64,000 bases of DNA from Oscillospiraceae bacterium (GCA_031280965.1 JAITFZ010000015.1:78323-142322), one strand, 5' to 3'; shown: positions 8,051 to 18,252, counted from the stretch's first letter. Notes: generated from the letters alone by a model not told the origin. Numbers and translations are program-made.

Positions 8051-10033
8051 TTATTTACGCTTTTTTCTCAGCACGACAAATATTACCGCGCCTATTGTTG
8101 ACAGTGTGCATATTGTTAACAATATTATGATAAACGTGTTGCTTCCCTCATCATCGGGTTCTTGCGAAACAGGCAGGGACGGCTGTTCTTCGGGTTCGTG
8201 CGTTTCCTCTTCGGGTTCATGCGCTTCCTCTTCCGGTTCGCCGTCAACTGTCAATTGCTCGTCGGGAGGATTTAACGGGTCCCAAAGGAACATCACTTCG
8301 CCGTCGCTTACCCGCTCCATTTTAATCCAGTTAATGTCAAAAGCATTCCCGCCCTGAAAACCGCGTATGGCGAGGTTGCCCACAAGGTCGTCGGCAGGCA
8401 GACTGCCGTCCATTTTTATTTCGGTGACAACAGTGTAGGTTCCCGCGTTAACCATACCGTTGTTGAACAGCGCAGGCACCATAGTCGCTACGTCATTAGC
8501 CCTGAGCCCGGTGTTAAAAGGCGGGGTGTTGACGACCTGACCGTCTGTCGCAGTGTAACCGCCGTTAGTGTTATCATTTATCCAGCGCACACGAACGCCC
8601 GTAGTACCCAGCGCTGTATAGCTGAACGAAAGGCGGTATGTTTCGTCTTTTTCGGGTCGGAACGCCACCTCTCCGTCTATTATTTCCCCGTCTTCTTCGT
8701 AATAGGCTGCCGACCAGGGCCACTCGTCAGCGTTGTCGCCCAGTATTATGTTTGCGCCTGCCCAAATGTCGCCCCTGTTAAGGGAGTACACATAAACGCC
8801 CGGAATCATAAGCTTCATTCTGTCCTCATCGTTTTCGGGCGGGGGATGTAATTCAAGGTATTCGTCAGGAAACAACACCCCCAAAAGAGCCTCTTTCGCG
8901 GTAATTTGTCCGTCTGCGGGCGCGTTAAACAGCAGAGGTAAACTGCTGCTTTTCCAGCTTGCTCCGTCGTCCGCACCCCAAAAAGTCACACGTTCGATTA
9001 TTTTGGGGTTATCGGTAGTGTTTGCGGAACCTGCGGCGTAATTTTTGAATATTTGAAATAATTGTGCATAGATTTGTGCTTGTGCAATTTCCTGCTCCCT
9101 CGTTAATGTTCCCGTGTTGAGGAACTCTACATCAAGTTCGGTGAAACTAATGCTTACTCCCGGCAGTCTTGCGAATAATCGGACAGCTTCTTCAACTGCG
9201 CTCGGACGTGTGCTGCTGTTGAAATGCCCTTGTGAGCCTATGCCCTCAATTAACGGCTTGCCGTTCGGGCGGTGTCCTTCATATCTGTTGTTAATGTCGC
9301 GAACCATCGAAAATACCGCAAAGGCTTTATCGCCCTCTAAGCCGAAATCGTTGTAGTACAGCTTGCAATCCCAACCGTTTTTGTCAACAACCTCAGCCGC
9401 TCTGAGAAATGCCAGTTCAACCCACTCCCAGCCAAGAGCAAGGAACCAGCCTTCGCCCTTATCCAAAGCAGAACGCCAGTCGCCCGGAGTGTCCCAGCTT
9501 ACGGTTCCAATAGCTTCATTAACCACATCTATGGCTTGAAGCTCTCCGCCGAATTCACCGAGAACAGCGTCTATATGGGCATTCATGTTTTCAAGAGCAG
9601 TATCGCGGTCGAAGTCGGGCGCGTCCCACATCCAATTGGGCGACTGTGAGTGCCATGTCAGCGTATGTCCGATGATTTGCACATCCGGAATCAATGCTCT
9701 CGCCGCAACGATTGAACTATGCGCGCTGTTAAAAGTAAATGTACCCTTGTTGTTTTGCGTTAACGAGGGTTTCATGTTATTCTGATGCGTAACCGCGTTA
9801 TATGTATACGCCATGAAGTTATTTCGCAACTCACCCGTGAATATGTCTAATGTGCCGACAAGGAAGTAATCCTTATAAACTTCCCTGAGTGCCGGGTATC
9901 GGTCGTAGTTCAATCCGGCAGACGGAAGAACGAAAGCCTCCTCCGCGCCTGAACCAATCTGCAAAACCGGAACCGCCGAGCTTATAACCGCAATGCATAA
10001 AACTGCCGCCAATATACGTTTCACCATAATCAT
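8051..10033 (-). CDS. GH10 endo-1,4-beta-xylanase, secreted, C-terminally membrane-anchored
   Basis: Signal peptide; GHTLTWHSQ, IDVVNE (acid/base), YYNDF, GSQGH and FTELDV (nucleophile); extra C-terminal domain, acidic linker, TM helix plus KKRK. Confidence 0.93.
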   Translation of the reverse strand: MIMVKRILAAVLCIAVISSAVPVLQIGSGAEEAFVLPSAGLNYDRYPALREVYKDYFLVGTLDIFTGELRNNFMAYTYNAVTHQNNMKPSLTQNNKGTFTFNSAHSSIVAARALIPDVQIIGHTLTWHSQSPNWMWDAPDFDRDTALENMNAHIDAVLGEFGGELQAIDVVNEAIGTVSWDTPGDWRSALDKGEGWFLALGWEWVELAFLRAAEVVDKNGWDCKLYYNDFGLEGDKAFAVFSMVRDINNRYEGHRPNGKPLIEGIGSQGHFNSSTRPSAVEEAVRLFARLPGVSISFTELDVEFLNTGTLTREQEIAQAQIYAQLFQIFKNYAAGSANTTDNPKIIERVTFWGADDGASWKSSSLPLLFNAPADGQITAKEALLGVLFPDEYLELHPPPENDEDRMKLMIPGVYVYSLNRGDIWAGANIILGDNADEWPWSAAYYEEDGEIIDGEVAFRPEKDETYRLSFSYTALGTTGVRVRWINDNTNGGYTATDGQVVNTPPFNTGLRANDVATMVPALFNNGMVNAGTYTVVTEIKMDGSLPADDLVGNLAIRGFQGGNAFDINWIKMERVSDGEVMFLWDPLNPPDEQLTVDGEPEEEAHEPEEETHEPEEQPSLPVSQEPDDEGSNTFIIILLTICTLSTIGAVIFVVLRKKRK

Positions 10034-10197
10034 TTCGCTTATCTCCTGTTTAATAAAATTTCTTGTTTCTTAAAGTATAACGTATTGAAACCTTTTCGTC
10101 AATATGTTATACTAAATATAAATACACATATAATTCTTTTTTACGGAAAATAATTTATATGGTTTCGCTAAAATATTTAAACTAAAGGAGAATCTCT

Positions 10198-11988
10198 ATG
10201 AAACTAAACGGATGCAATCCATACCTGCCTTTGTGGGAACACCTGCCCGACGGCGAACCGCGTGTGTTTGAAGACCCCGATAACCCCGGAAAGGAACGGC
10301 TTTATATTATCGGCTCGCATGACGTCAGGAATGACAGCTACTGCGGCCCCGACATAAGAGCGTGGTCTGCGCCTGCGGAGGATTTAAGCGACTGGCGCGA
10401 CGAGGGAAGCATTTTTACTTATTATATAAATAATCAGTGGGACGTGATGTATGCGCCTGATTTGGTTGAGGTTAAGCGCAGGGACGGCACAAAGGATTAT
10501 TACCTGTACCCGCACAGCCGCGGCGGAAACAGGGAAGCTATGGTAGCAAAAGGGAGCAGCCCCGTCGGGCCTTTCACGCCTGTGAACATGACCGAGGACG
10601 GCACACGCACGGTTTCGGGAAGCTGTATGGGCTTTGACCCGGCTGTCTATATTGAGTACATCAGCGACCCGAACGACCCGGATTATGAAATAGGGTTCAG
10701 GGCGTATGGTTACTGGGGATTTCAAGGCTGTTATGCCGCCCAGCTTGACCAGAACACTATGTATTCCGTAAGACCGGGCACAGATATTATACAATATTTT
10801 ATACCCGCGAGCGCAAGCTACGGCGTAATTCACGACCCGGAAGGCACGACTTACCCGAACGTGTTTGCGGACGAAGACCTCGGAATGTTCAACTTTTTTG
10901 AAGCCGCGTCAATCCGAAAAATCGGGAATAAATATGTTTGGGTTTATAGCGGATATTCGGGGCCGGACTACGGGCTAAGCAGCACCAATTCCGCACTGCG
11001 CTATGCTTTCGGCGATACGCCGCTCGGACCGTGGAGAAGCGGAGGAGTGCTTGTAGACTCCCGCGCAGTTGTCGTAAATCGCAACGGCACTGCCTTGCAG
11101 ACGAGCTACTCCGGACATAACACCCACGGAAGCATAGAGTGCGTCAACGGTCAGTGGTATGCTTTTTACCACAGAGCGCCGAGAGGTTTCGGTTACATGC
11201 GTCAGCCGATGGTTGCGCCGGTTAAAGTCGCGTGGGATGAAAAGGCGGTTGCGGACGGCGGCAGGGTAACAATACGAGCCTACGACCCCTACTCGGAGGA
11301 CAACACATGGACAGCCAAAGCCGGCGGTTTTGAATACACCGGCGCGGAGGTAACTTCTGAAGGTTTCAACATACACGGCATGAACCCTTACGGGTATTAT
11401 TCCGCAGGAATCGCATGTTATCTTTCAAATGAGAAAACCCAAACAGATTCATGGGACATATGGGACAATCATGCGCCTATTGTCGGTATTACAAACGGCG
11501 ATATAATCGGCTACAAGTATTTCGACTTCAGAAACATTGAAAAAAACACTAAGTTTAACTTATTTTTCACGCCGAAAACTGCGAACGCTTTTAAGATTAA
11601 TATTTGGCTTGATTGTCCGTTTAAAGGCACAAAAATCGGCGAAATAAACTCCGCGCAGTCATCGGTTGATGTATCCGCTTACGCAGAAAACCTCAATAAA
11701 AAACACGCCCTGTTCCTTGTGGCTGAGGGCGGCGAAAGCGAACTGTTCGACTTGAACGGTCTCGGGTTCAGCTCCGATGAAACTAAAATCGCCCGCCCGT
11801 CCGTACCTATGGTGAGCATTACGGCTGACGGAAAAAAACTCACACCGCTGTTAACGCCCGTCAGGTCTACTGAAGCTAACGGCATTACAGGTTATGACTT
11901 TTTTGAGGTTAGGTCTGACAGCGGCATTGTCGATGTGAAAGTCGATTATAACGGGGCGGTTAAAACATATAAATTTATAATTAAATAA
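10198..11988 (+). CDS. GH43-like beta-propeller glycosidase with CBM6-like domain, no signal peptide
   Basis: NPYLP..EH.PDGEPRVF, FDPAV, FFEAASIRKIG and NTHGSI motifs; GDIIGYKYFDF CBM6-like segment. Confidence 0.8.
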   Translation: MKLNGCNPYLPLWEHLPDGEPRVFEDPDNPGKERLYIIGSHDVRNDSYCGPDIRAWSAPAEDLSDWRDEGSIFTYYINNQWDVMYAPDLVEVKRRDGTKDYYLYPHSRGGNREAMVAKGSSPVGPFTPVNMTEDGTRTVSGSCMGFDPAVYIEYISDPNDPDYEIGFRAYGYWGFQGCYAAQLDQNTMYSVRPGTDIIQYFIPASASYGVIHDPEGTTYPNVFADEDLGMFNFFEAASIRKIGNKYVWVYSGYSGPDYGLSSTNSALRYAFGDTPLGPWRSGGVLVDSRAVVVNRNGTALQTSYSGHNTHGSIECVNGQWYAFYHRAPRGFGYMRQPMVAPVKVAWDEKAVADGGRVTIRAYDPYSEDNTWTAKAGGFEYTGAEVTSEGFNIHGMNPYGYYSAGIACYLSNEKTQTDSWDIWDNHAPIVGITNGDIIGYKYFDFRNIEKNTKFNLFFTPKTANAFKINIWLDCPFKGTKIGEINSAQSSVDVSAYAENLNKKHALFLVAEGGESELFDLNGLGFSSDETKIARPSVPMVSITADGKKLTPLLTPVRSTEANGITGYDFFEVRSDSGIVDVKVDYNGAVKTYKFIIK

Positions 11989-12009
11989 AACAGAGCGGAG
12001 GTCGGCAAC

Positions 12010-13359
12010 ATGGCAAAAATAACATTCATGGGTGCGGGGAGTACCGTCTTTGCCCGCAATGTCCTCGGCGACTGCATGGCGTCGCCCGTACTGGCAGACA
12101 GCGAAATCGCCCTGTACGACATTGATTGGAAGCGGCTTCAGGAAAGCGAAACCATAATAAACGCCATAAATGAAGGACTCGGCGGCAAAGCGAGAATAAA
12201 AGCCTACTTAGGCGTTGAAAACCGTAAGAAGGCTCTGCTGAACGCCGACTATGCGGTCAACGCCATACAGGTGGGTTTATATGAGCCGTGTACTGTAACA
12301 GACTTTGAAATTCCGAAGAAATACGGTTTGCGGCAAACGATTGCAGATACTTTGGGTATAGGCGGCATAATGCGCGGACTGCGGACTATTCCGGTCATGG
12401 CGGATTTCGCCCGTGACATGGAGGAGGTCTGCCCGGACGCATGGTTTCTCAATTACACCAATCCCATGTCGATTTTATGCGGGTATATGCAGCGTTACAC
12501 GGGCATTAAGACCATAGGGCTGTGCCATAGCGTACAAGGTTGCTCGTATTGGCTTTTAAAAGACTTGGGAATGGAAGAAAAACTCGAAGGACGCAGGGAG
12601 TTAATAGCGGGAATCAACCATATGGGCTGGCTTTTGGATATTAGAGATAAGCAGGGCAAAGACCTCTATCCCGAAATCAAAAAACGCGCCGCCGCGAAAA
12701 ATGCGCAAGAAAAGCACAACGACATGGTGCGTTATGATTATATCGCGAAGTTCGGCTATTACTGCACCGAATCCAGCGAACACAACGCCGAGTATAACCC
12801 TTTCTACATCAAATTCAAATACCCCGAGTTAATTGAACGGTTTAATATACCGATAGACGAATACCCGCGCCGCTGTGTGGCGCAAATAAACGGCTGGGCG
12901 AAGGAATACGGGGAACTTTCACAGTCGGCGAAAGCCAAGCCGCACGAACGCTCACAGGAATATGCTTCCTATATAATGGAATCGCTTATTACAGGCGTGC
13001 CGCTCAAAATAGGCGGCAATGTACTTAACAGCGGCGGACTAATCGGAAACCTCCCTGCCGAAGCCTGTGTGGAAGTTCCCTGCATGGTTGATAACTACGG
13101 AATCAACCCCTGTCACGTTGGGCGTCTGCCCGTGCAGTTAGCCGCAATGAACATGACCCACATAAATGTACATTTAATCACAATTGAAGCCGCAGTCACG
13201 AGAAAGAAAGAACATATATACCAAGCCGCGATGCTCGACCCGCACACAGCGGCAGAGCTTTCGCCTGATGATATTTGCGCTATGGTTGACGAATTAATCG
13301 AAACGCACGGAAGCTGGCTCCCAAAATATATCGGAGGTAATCATAATGTCAAAAGTTAA
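12010..13359 (+). CDS. melA: GH4 NAD+/Mn2+-dependent alpha-galactosidase (or alpha-glucosidase)
   Basis: KITFMGAGS Rossmann motif, QTIADTLGIGG, NYTNPM, GLCHSV, GINHM and TESSEH. Confidence 0.9.
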   Translation: MAKITFMGAGSTVFARNVLGDCMASPVLADSEIALYDIDWKRLQESETIINAINEGLGGKARIKAYLGVENRKKALLNADYAVNAIQVGLYEPCTVTDFEIPKKYGLRQTIADTLGIGGIMRGLRTIPVMADFARDMEEVCPDAWFLNYTNPMSILCGYMQRYTGIKTIGLCHSVQGCSYWLLKDLGMEEKLEGRRELIAGINHMGWLLDIRDKQGKDLYPEIKKRAAAKNAQEKHNDMVRYDYIAKFGYYCTESSEHNAEYNPFYIKFKYPELIERFNIPIDEYPRRCVAQINGWAKEYGELSQSAKAKPHERSQEYASYIMESLITGVPLKIGGNVLNSGGLIGNLPAEACVEVPCMVDNYGINPCHVGRLPVQLAAMNMTHINVHLITIEAAVTRKKEHIYQAAMLDPHTAAELSPDDICAMVDELIETHGSWLPKYIGGNHNVKS

Positions 13360-15964
13360 AACATTGTCCGCACTTCTCATCGCAATGCTCGTAATAGGCA
13401 TGTTACCCGTTTTGAACGTAACGGCGCAAAATCCGTATCTGCCGCTGTGGGAACATCTGCCCGACGGCGAACCGCGTGTTTTTGAAGACCCCGACAACCC
13501 GGGAAAATACCGAATATACATAATCGGCTCCCATGACGTCAGATTTACCAGTTATTGCGGGCCCGACATAAGAGTATGGTCTGCGCCGGCGGACGACCTT
13601 ACAAACTGGCGCGACGACGGGGCGGTTTTTACCTTTCAAGACCCGCTGACTTTGCAATGGGACGTCATGTTTGCTCCCGATATGGTTGAAGTCCTCCGAA
13701 GGGACGAAAACGGCGACAGAACCATAAGAGAGTATTACTTGTACCCGCACAGCCGCGGTCCCGGCAGAGAAGCGATGGTAGCAAAGAGCAACCGTCCGGA
13801 CGGGTCTTTCGAGCCGATTAACCTTGCCGAAAACGGCAGGTCGTTACTGCCGGGAAGCATTATGGGTTTTGACCCGGCTGTGTATATTGATTATATCGAC
13901 GACCCGAGCGACCCAGATTATGAAATAGGTTTCAGGGCGTACGGCTACTGGGGTTTCCAAAGGGCTTGGGCGGCGGAACTCGACCAGAATACTATGTGGT
14001 CGCTCCGCCCCGGGACACAGATAATTAATTATTTTATACCCGCAAGTTCGGCATACGGGATATTACGCGACCCGGAAGGAACGGTTTATCCGCATATTTT
14101 CGACGACGAAGACCTGACAACGTTCAATTATTTTGAAGCTTTCTCTATACGTAAAGTCGGGAATAAATATGTAAATGTTTTCAGCGGTTATTCGGGGCCA
14201 GACTACGGGCTTGGCAGTACCAACTCGGCGCTTCGCTACATGTTCGCCGACCACCCGCTCGGACCGTGGAGGAGCGGCGGTGTGTTAGTGGATTCCCGCG
14301 CTCCGGTGCTGAATCAAGACGGTTCAAGGCTGCGGGAGTCCTATTCGGGTCACAACACTCACGGCGGGATTGAATACATCAACGGTCAGTGGTATGCATT
14401 TTATCACCGGGCGCCGAGGGGATTCGGATATGCGCGGCAGCCGATGGTTGCGCCGGTTCACATTCAATGGGATGAGAAATCGGTTGCGGACGGCGGAAGG
14501 GTTACAATAAAAGGCTTTGACCCTTATGCAGATGATAAGATTTGGACGGCGAGAGCAAGCAACGGCACGGAATATATCGGTGCCGAGGTTATATCCGAGG
14601 GTTTTCATATTTACGGACTGCCGCCTTATCAGTATTATTCGGCGGGTATTGCGTGTTATCTTTCCAACACGAGAAATCAAGCGAGCGCGTGGGATATATG
14701 GGATAACCACGCTCCGATTACCGATGCCGCAAACGGTAATATAATCGGCTACAAGTATTTCGACTTTAGGGAAACTGACAGGAACACGGCGTTTAATCTG
14801 TTTCTGACTCCGAAAACGGAAGACGAGTTTAAAATACAGGTGTGGTTAGACGGACCGTGGGAGGACGGCGCGTGGAACGGCACAAGAATGGGTGAAATCA
14901 CAGTTCCTGCGAATTCCGCGCAGGAAACAGCGCAATTTGTAATTGACGTAACGGAATTCATCGAGAATTTAGACAGAAAACATGCGGTTTTCCTTGTGGC
15001 AGAGGGCGGTTCGGGCGCGTTATTCGATTTAATCGGACTCGGATTCAGTTCTGACGCAAACAAAATCACCCGCCCTGTGATACCGACGGTCGGAATATCT
15101 CTTGACGGCATACCCATCGCCCTTCCGAGCATACCGGTAAGGTCTACGGGTGAAAACGGGATTGTCGGATATAACTACTATGAGATTGATGTTGCGCTTC
15201 CTGTTGATGCCGATATAATAACCACCGTAACGGCTTCCGCAAGCAGTTCCGATGTGAAAATAACCGTGAATCCGCTAACCGATGTTTTTGGCACGGCGGT
15301 TGTGGACTTTGATTATAACGGAATTGTTAAGACATACACCCTTAATTTTGCCCCTGTATCGAACCTGAGTGAACCCGTGGTGTTCCCCATTGTTGAATCC
15401 AACCCCGTTTTTGAAGGCTCTGCAAAAATTTCATGGGGTGATGTAATCGGCTTTCTTGACGCGGGCGACCCGCCGGGAGCGGTCAGCTTTACCATAAATG
15501 TCGCCGAAGCGGGAACATATGCAATGTCTGTCTTTCACACAACGCCCTGGGGTGCGGCTTCGCACTTATATCAAATAAATGACGGCGAGCCTATTGTTTT
15601 CAGTTATTCCGAGGGCGACTGGCTGACGAGTTCGTTCGGAGATATAGAGCTTAATGAGGGTACGAACACAATTAAGATTTCATTTAATTCAGGGATTACC
15701 GAGGTGCGCTGGATTGAACTGCAATCTTACCTGAGTGAAGAGGAGATGGGGCTTATAGTTCACGTGCCAAGACCGTATGACCCGCCGGAACAGGGAGATG
15801 TGCCGGCAGAGAATGAAGACCCGACAAGCTCCGAAACACTCGCTCCCGCAGAAAACAGTGAAGATGATTCGGGCGGCGGTCGGCTTATTTGGGTAATTGC
15901 AGGTGCGGCGCTTGTCGTAATCGGCGGTACTATTGCATTTATCTTATGTAAAAAGAAAAAATAA
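13346..15964 (+). CDS. secreted GH43-like glycosidase with CBM6/CBM35-like modules and C-terminal TM anchor
   Basis: Signal peptide; catalytic region closely paralogous to 10198..11988; extra C-terminal beta-sandwich (ELNEGTNTIKI) plus TM helix and KKKK. Confidence 0.82.
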   Translation: MSKVKTLSALLIAMLVIGMLPVLNVTAQNPYLPLWEHLPDGEPRVFEDPDNPGKYRIYIIGSHDVRFTSYCGPDIRVWSAPADDLTNWRDDGAVFTFQDPLTLQWDVMFAPDMVEVLRRDENGDRTIREYYLYPHSRGPGREAMVAKSNRPDGSFEPINLAENGRSLLPGSIMGFDPAVYIDYIDDPSDPDYEIGFRAYGYWGFQRAWAAELDQNTMWSLRPGTQIINYFIPASSAYGILRDPEGTVYPHIFDDEDLTTFNYFEAFSIRKVGNKYVNVFSGYSGPDYGLGSTNSALRYMFADHPLGPWRSGGVLVDSRAPVLNQDGSRLRESYSGHNTHGGIEYINGQWYAFYHRAPRGFGYARQPMVAPVHIQWDEKSVADGGRVTIKGFDPYADDKIWTARASNGTEYIGAEVISEGFHIYGLPPYQYYSAGIACYLSNTRNQASAWDIWDNHAPITDAANGNIIGYKYFDFRETDRNTAFNLFLTPKTEDEFKIQVWLDGPWEDGAWNGTRMGEITVPANSAQETAQFVIDVTEFIENLDRKHAVFLVAEGGSGALFDLIGLGFSSDANKITRPVIPTVGISLDGIPIALPSIPVRSTGENGIVGYNYYEIDVALPVDADIITTVTASASSSDVKITVNPLTDVFGTAVVDFDYNGIVKTYTLNFAPVSNLSEPVVFPIVESNPVFEGSAKISWGDVIGFLDAGDPPGAVSFTINVAEAGTYAMSVFHTTPWGAASHLYQINDGEPIVFSYSEGDWLTSSFGDIELNEGTNTIKISFNSGITEVRWIELQSYLSEEEMGLIVHVPRPYDPPEQGDVPAENEDPTSSETLAPAENSEDDSGGGRLIWVIAGAALVVIGGTIAFILCKKKK

Positions 15965-15968
15965 ATAA

Positions 15969-16006
15969 AAAGCCCCTCTGCAATTCAAACGCATAGGGGT
16001 TTTGTT
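15969..16006 (+). terminator. rho-independent terminator after the GH operon
   Basis: AAAGCCCCT...AGGGGTTTT stem followed by a T-rich tract. Confidence 0.6.
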
Positions 16007-16020
16007 ATGCTTTTGTCAGT

Positions 16021-16080
16021 TTATACTAAAATCCAAAAAACCGGTTTATTGGATTTTAGGGATGGCGCTGTTGCAACAGT
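16021..16080. repeat. modular intergenic repeat, copy 2
   Basis: TTATACTAAAATCCAAAAAACCGGTTTATTGGATTTTAGGGATGGCGCTGTTGCAACAGT, matching 762-813. Confidence 0.75.
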
Positions 16081-16110
16081 CCGGGCTCACATTTTTATCT
16101 GTATTTTTTC

Positions 16111-16139
16111 TTGACAAAACGGATAAAGGCGGTTATAAT
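16111..16139 (+). promoter_or_regulatory. sigmaA promoter of aspS
   Basis: TTGACA-17-TATAAT perfect consensus. Confidence 0.85.
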
Positions 16140-16215
16140 AGGAAAAAGGGCAATTCAGGCAATGCGGGGAGAGTCTTTTAAGCGATGAAAACAAAATGAA
16201 AGGTCAATAATAACC

Positions 16216-17970
16216 ATGCACTTCAAACCAAACAAATACCGCACCCACACCACAGCCATGCTCGGCGAAAATATATTAGGTGAGAAAATTCTCGCCGCCG
16301 GCTGGGTTGAAAATATACGCGACCACGGCGGAATAAAATTTGTAGATTTGCGCGACCATTACGGTATTGTGCAGATTACATTCCAGCAAAATGCTGAACT
16401 GCTCACCGGAATTCACCGCGAATCTTGTGTTTCGGTCGGCGGCGAAGCAGTTAAACGCTCGGAGGATACGATTAATACAAAAATCACCACCGGTACTATT
16501 GAAATAATGGCAGAGCGCCTTGAAATCCTCGGTAATATAAGCGAGAATCTGCCTTTTGAAATAACCTCTTCCAAGGAAACCAACGAGGAACTGCGCCTGC
16601 GCTATCGTTTTTTAGACCTACGGAATCCTGCGGTTCACGATGCGGTTATTTATCGCAGTCAGGTAATTTCATATATGCGCCAAAGCATGAACGAAATGGG
16701 TTTTTTGGAAATGAATACGCCGATTCTGTCGGCGTCTTCACCCGAGGGTGCGCGTGATTTCCTTGTGCCGAGCAGACGGCACCACGGGAAGTTCTACGCT
16801 CTGCCGCAAGCGCCGCAGATTTTCAAGCAATTGTATATGATAAGCGGCTTTGACCGTTACTTTCAGATTGCGCCCTGCTTCCGTGACGAGGATGCCCGCG
16901 CCGACCGTACGGCGGGTGAATTTTATCAGCTTGATATAGAAATGGCTTTCGCGGAACAGGAAGATGTTTTTACGGCGGGCGAAGCCGTTTTAAGCAGTGT
17001 TTTAAGAAAATTCGGAATTAACGCCGCTCCCGCGCCTTATCAGCGCCTGACCTACGCCGAAACTATGCTGAAATACGGCACGGACAAGCCGGATTTACGC
17101 AATCCGCTGTTCATAACAGAGCTTTCGGATTTATTCGAGGGAAGCGGTTTCAAACCGTTCGCCGATAAGACAGTTCGCGGAATCCGCGTCCCCGGCATGG
17201 CGGCAAAGTCAAAGTCTTTCTTCAAGAGTATGGAAGAGTTCGCGCTTTCTATCGGCATGGGCGGGCTCGGTTATGTGGAAGTTCAGGAAGACATGAGCTT
17301 CAAAGGCCCGATAGATAAATTCATATCAGAAGAAACACGAACGGAATTAAAAACACGCGCCGGGCTTGAAGCCGGCGATGTGCTGTACTTTATAGCCGAT
17401 ATTGGCAAAACTGCCGAGATTTACGCGGGGCAGATTCGCGCCGAACTCGGCAACAGGCTTGAATTAATCGACAAGGACAGGTTGGAGATTTGCTGGATTT
17501 ATGACTTCCCGATGTATGAGGAAGACGAAACCGGAAAACCCGCCTTTTCCCACAACCCCTTTTCAATGCCGAAAGGCGGACTTGACGCGCTTAACGGCGA
17601 CCCTTTCGATGTTATTGCTTATCAATATGACTTTGTAATCAACGGCGTTGAGCTTGCTTCCGGCGCGGTCAGAAACCACAGCAATGAAATTATGGTCAAA
17701 GCCTTTGAAATCGCGGGTTACTCCGAAAGCGACCTTAAACAGCGATTCGGCGCGCTTTACGGCGCGTTTAAGTTCGGTGCGCCGCCTCACGCGGGCATGG
17801 CGTTTGGCGTGGACAGGCTTCTTATGCTGATGCTTAAAGAGGACAGCGTGCGGGAGGTTATTGCGTTCCCCCTTAACGGCAACGCGCAGGATTTACTGCT
17901 CGGCGCGCCATCGGAAGTCACGGAACAGCAGCTTAGGGAAGTTCATATTAAAGTCAGGGAGAAGCATTGA
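16216..17970 (+). CDS. aspS: aspartyl-tRNA synthetase, probably non-discriminating (Asp/Asn)
   Basis: YRTH, RDHGG, ELRLRYRFLDLR, EGARDFLVPSR, PQAPQ.FKQL, CFRDED.RADR and GAPPHAGMAFGVDR. Confidence 0.97.
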   Translation: MHFKPNKYRTHTTAMLGENILGEKILAAGWVENIRDHGGIKFVDLRDHYGIVQITFQQNAELLTGIHRESCVSVGGEAVKRSEDTINTKITTGTIEIMAERLEILGNISENLPFEITSSKETNEELRLRYRFLDLRNPAVHDAVIYRSQVISYMRQSMNEMGFLEMNTPILSASSPEGARDFLVPSRRHHGKFYALPQAPQIFKQLYMISGFDRYFQIAPCFRDEDARADRTAGEFYQLDIEMAFAEQEDVFTAGEAVLSSVLRKFGINAAPAPYQRLTYAETMLKYGTDKPDLRNPLFITELSDLFEGSGFKPFADKTVRGIRVPGMAAKSKSFFKSMEEFALSIGMGGLGYVEVQEDMSFKGPIDKFISEETRTELKTRAGLEAGDVLYFIADIGKTAEIYAGQIRAELGNRLELIDKDRLEICWIYDFPMYEEDETGKPAFSHNPFSMPKGGLDALNGDPFDVIAYQYDFVINGVELASGAVRNHSNEIMVKAFEIAGYSESDLKQRFGALYGAFKFGAPPHAGMAFGVDRLLMLMLKEDSVREVIAFPLNGNAQDLLLGAPSEVTEQQLREVHIKVREKH

Positions 17971-18046
17971 GAAACAGATAAAGAAAAAAACCAATGAATA
18001 ATTAAATTATAAAAGTTCAAAATAAGGAAAAGGGGACTTTTATAAT

Positions 18047-18199
18047 ATGAAAAACAATATTTTGATTCCGGTCGCGGGTAACGAGCGCATCTATGAAGGC
18101 TTTATAAAAGTCGCAAAAGAAATTCTGTCACGTAAGGAATTGAACCACACACAAGCAGTTGGCGTACAAATTTTACCATCAGAGGTAAAGAGCGCATGA
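18047..18199 (+). CDS. small 50-aa protein upstream of the recombinase (not in the ORF track)
   Basis: ATG at 18047 after AAGGAAAAGGGGA; MKNNILIPVAGNERIYEGFIKVAKEILSRKELNHTQAVGVQILPSEVKSA; followed by a terminator. Confidence 0.6.
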   Translation: MKNNILIPVAGNERIYEGFIKVAKEILSRKELNHTQAVGVQILPSEVKSA

Positions 18200-18211
18200 A
18201 ATCAATAAATG

Positions 18212-18252
18212 AATAAAGCGACGAGCGATGTATACGGGCTTGTCGCTTTTTA

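Noticed and set aside
10085-10102. TTGAAACCTTTTCG as a cre/LacI operator between GH10 and GH43
   Set aside because: Only a partial match to TGNAANCGNTTNCA with poor symmetry; insufficient on its own.
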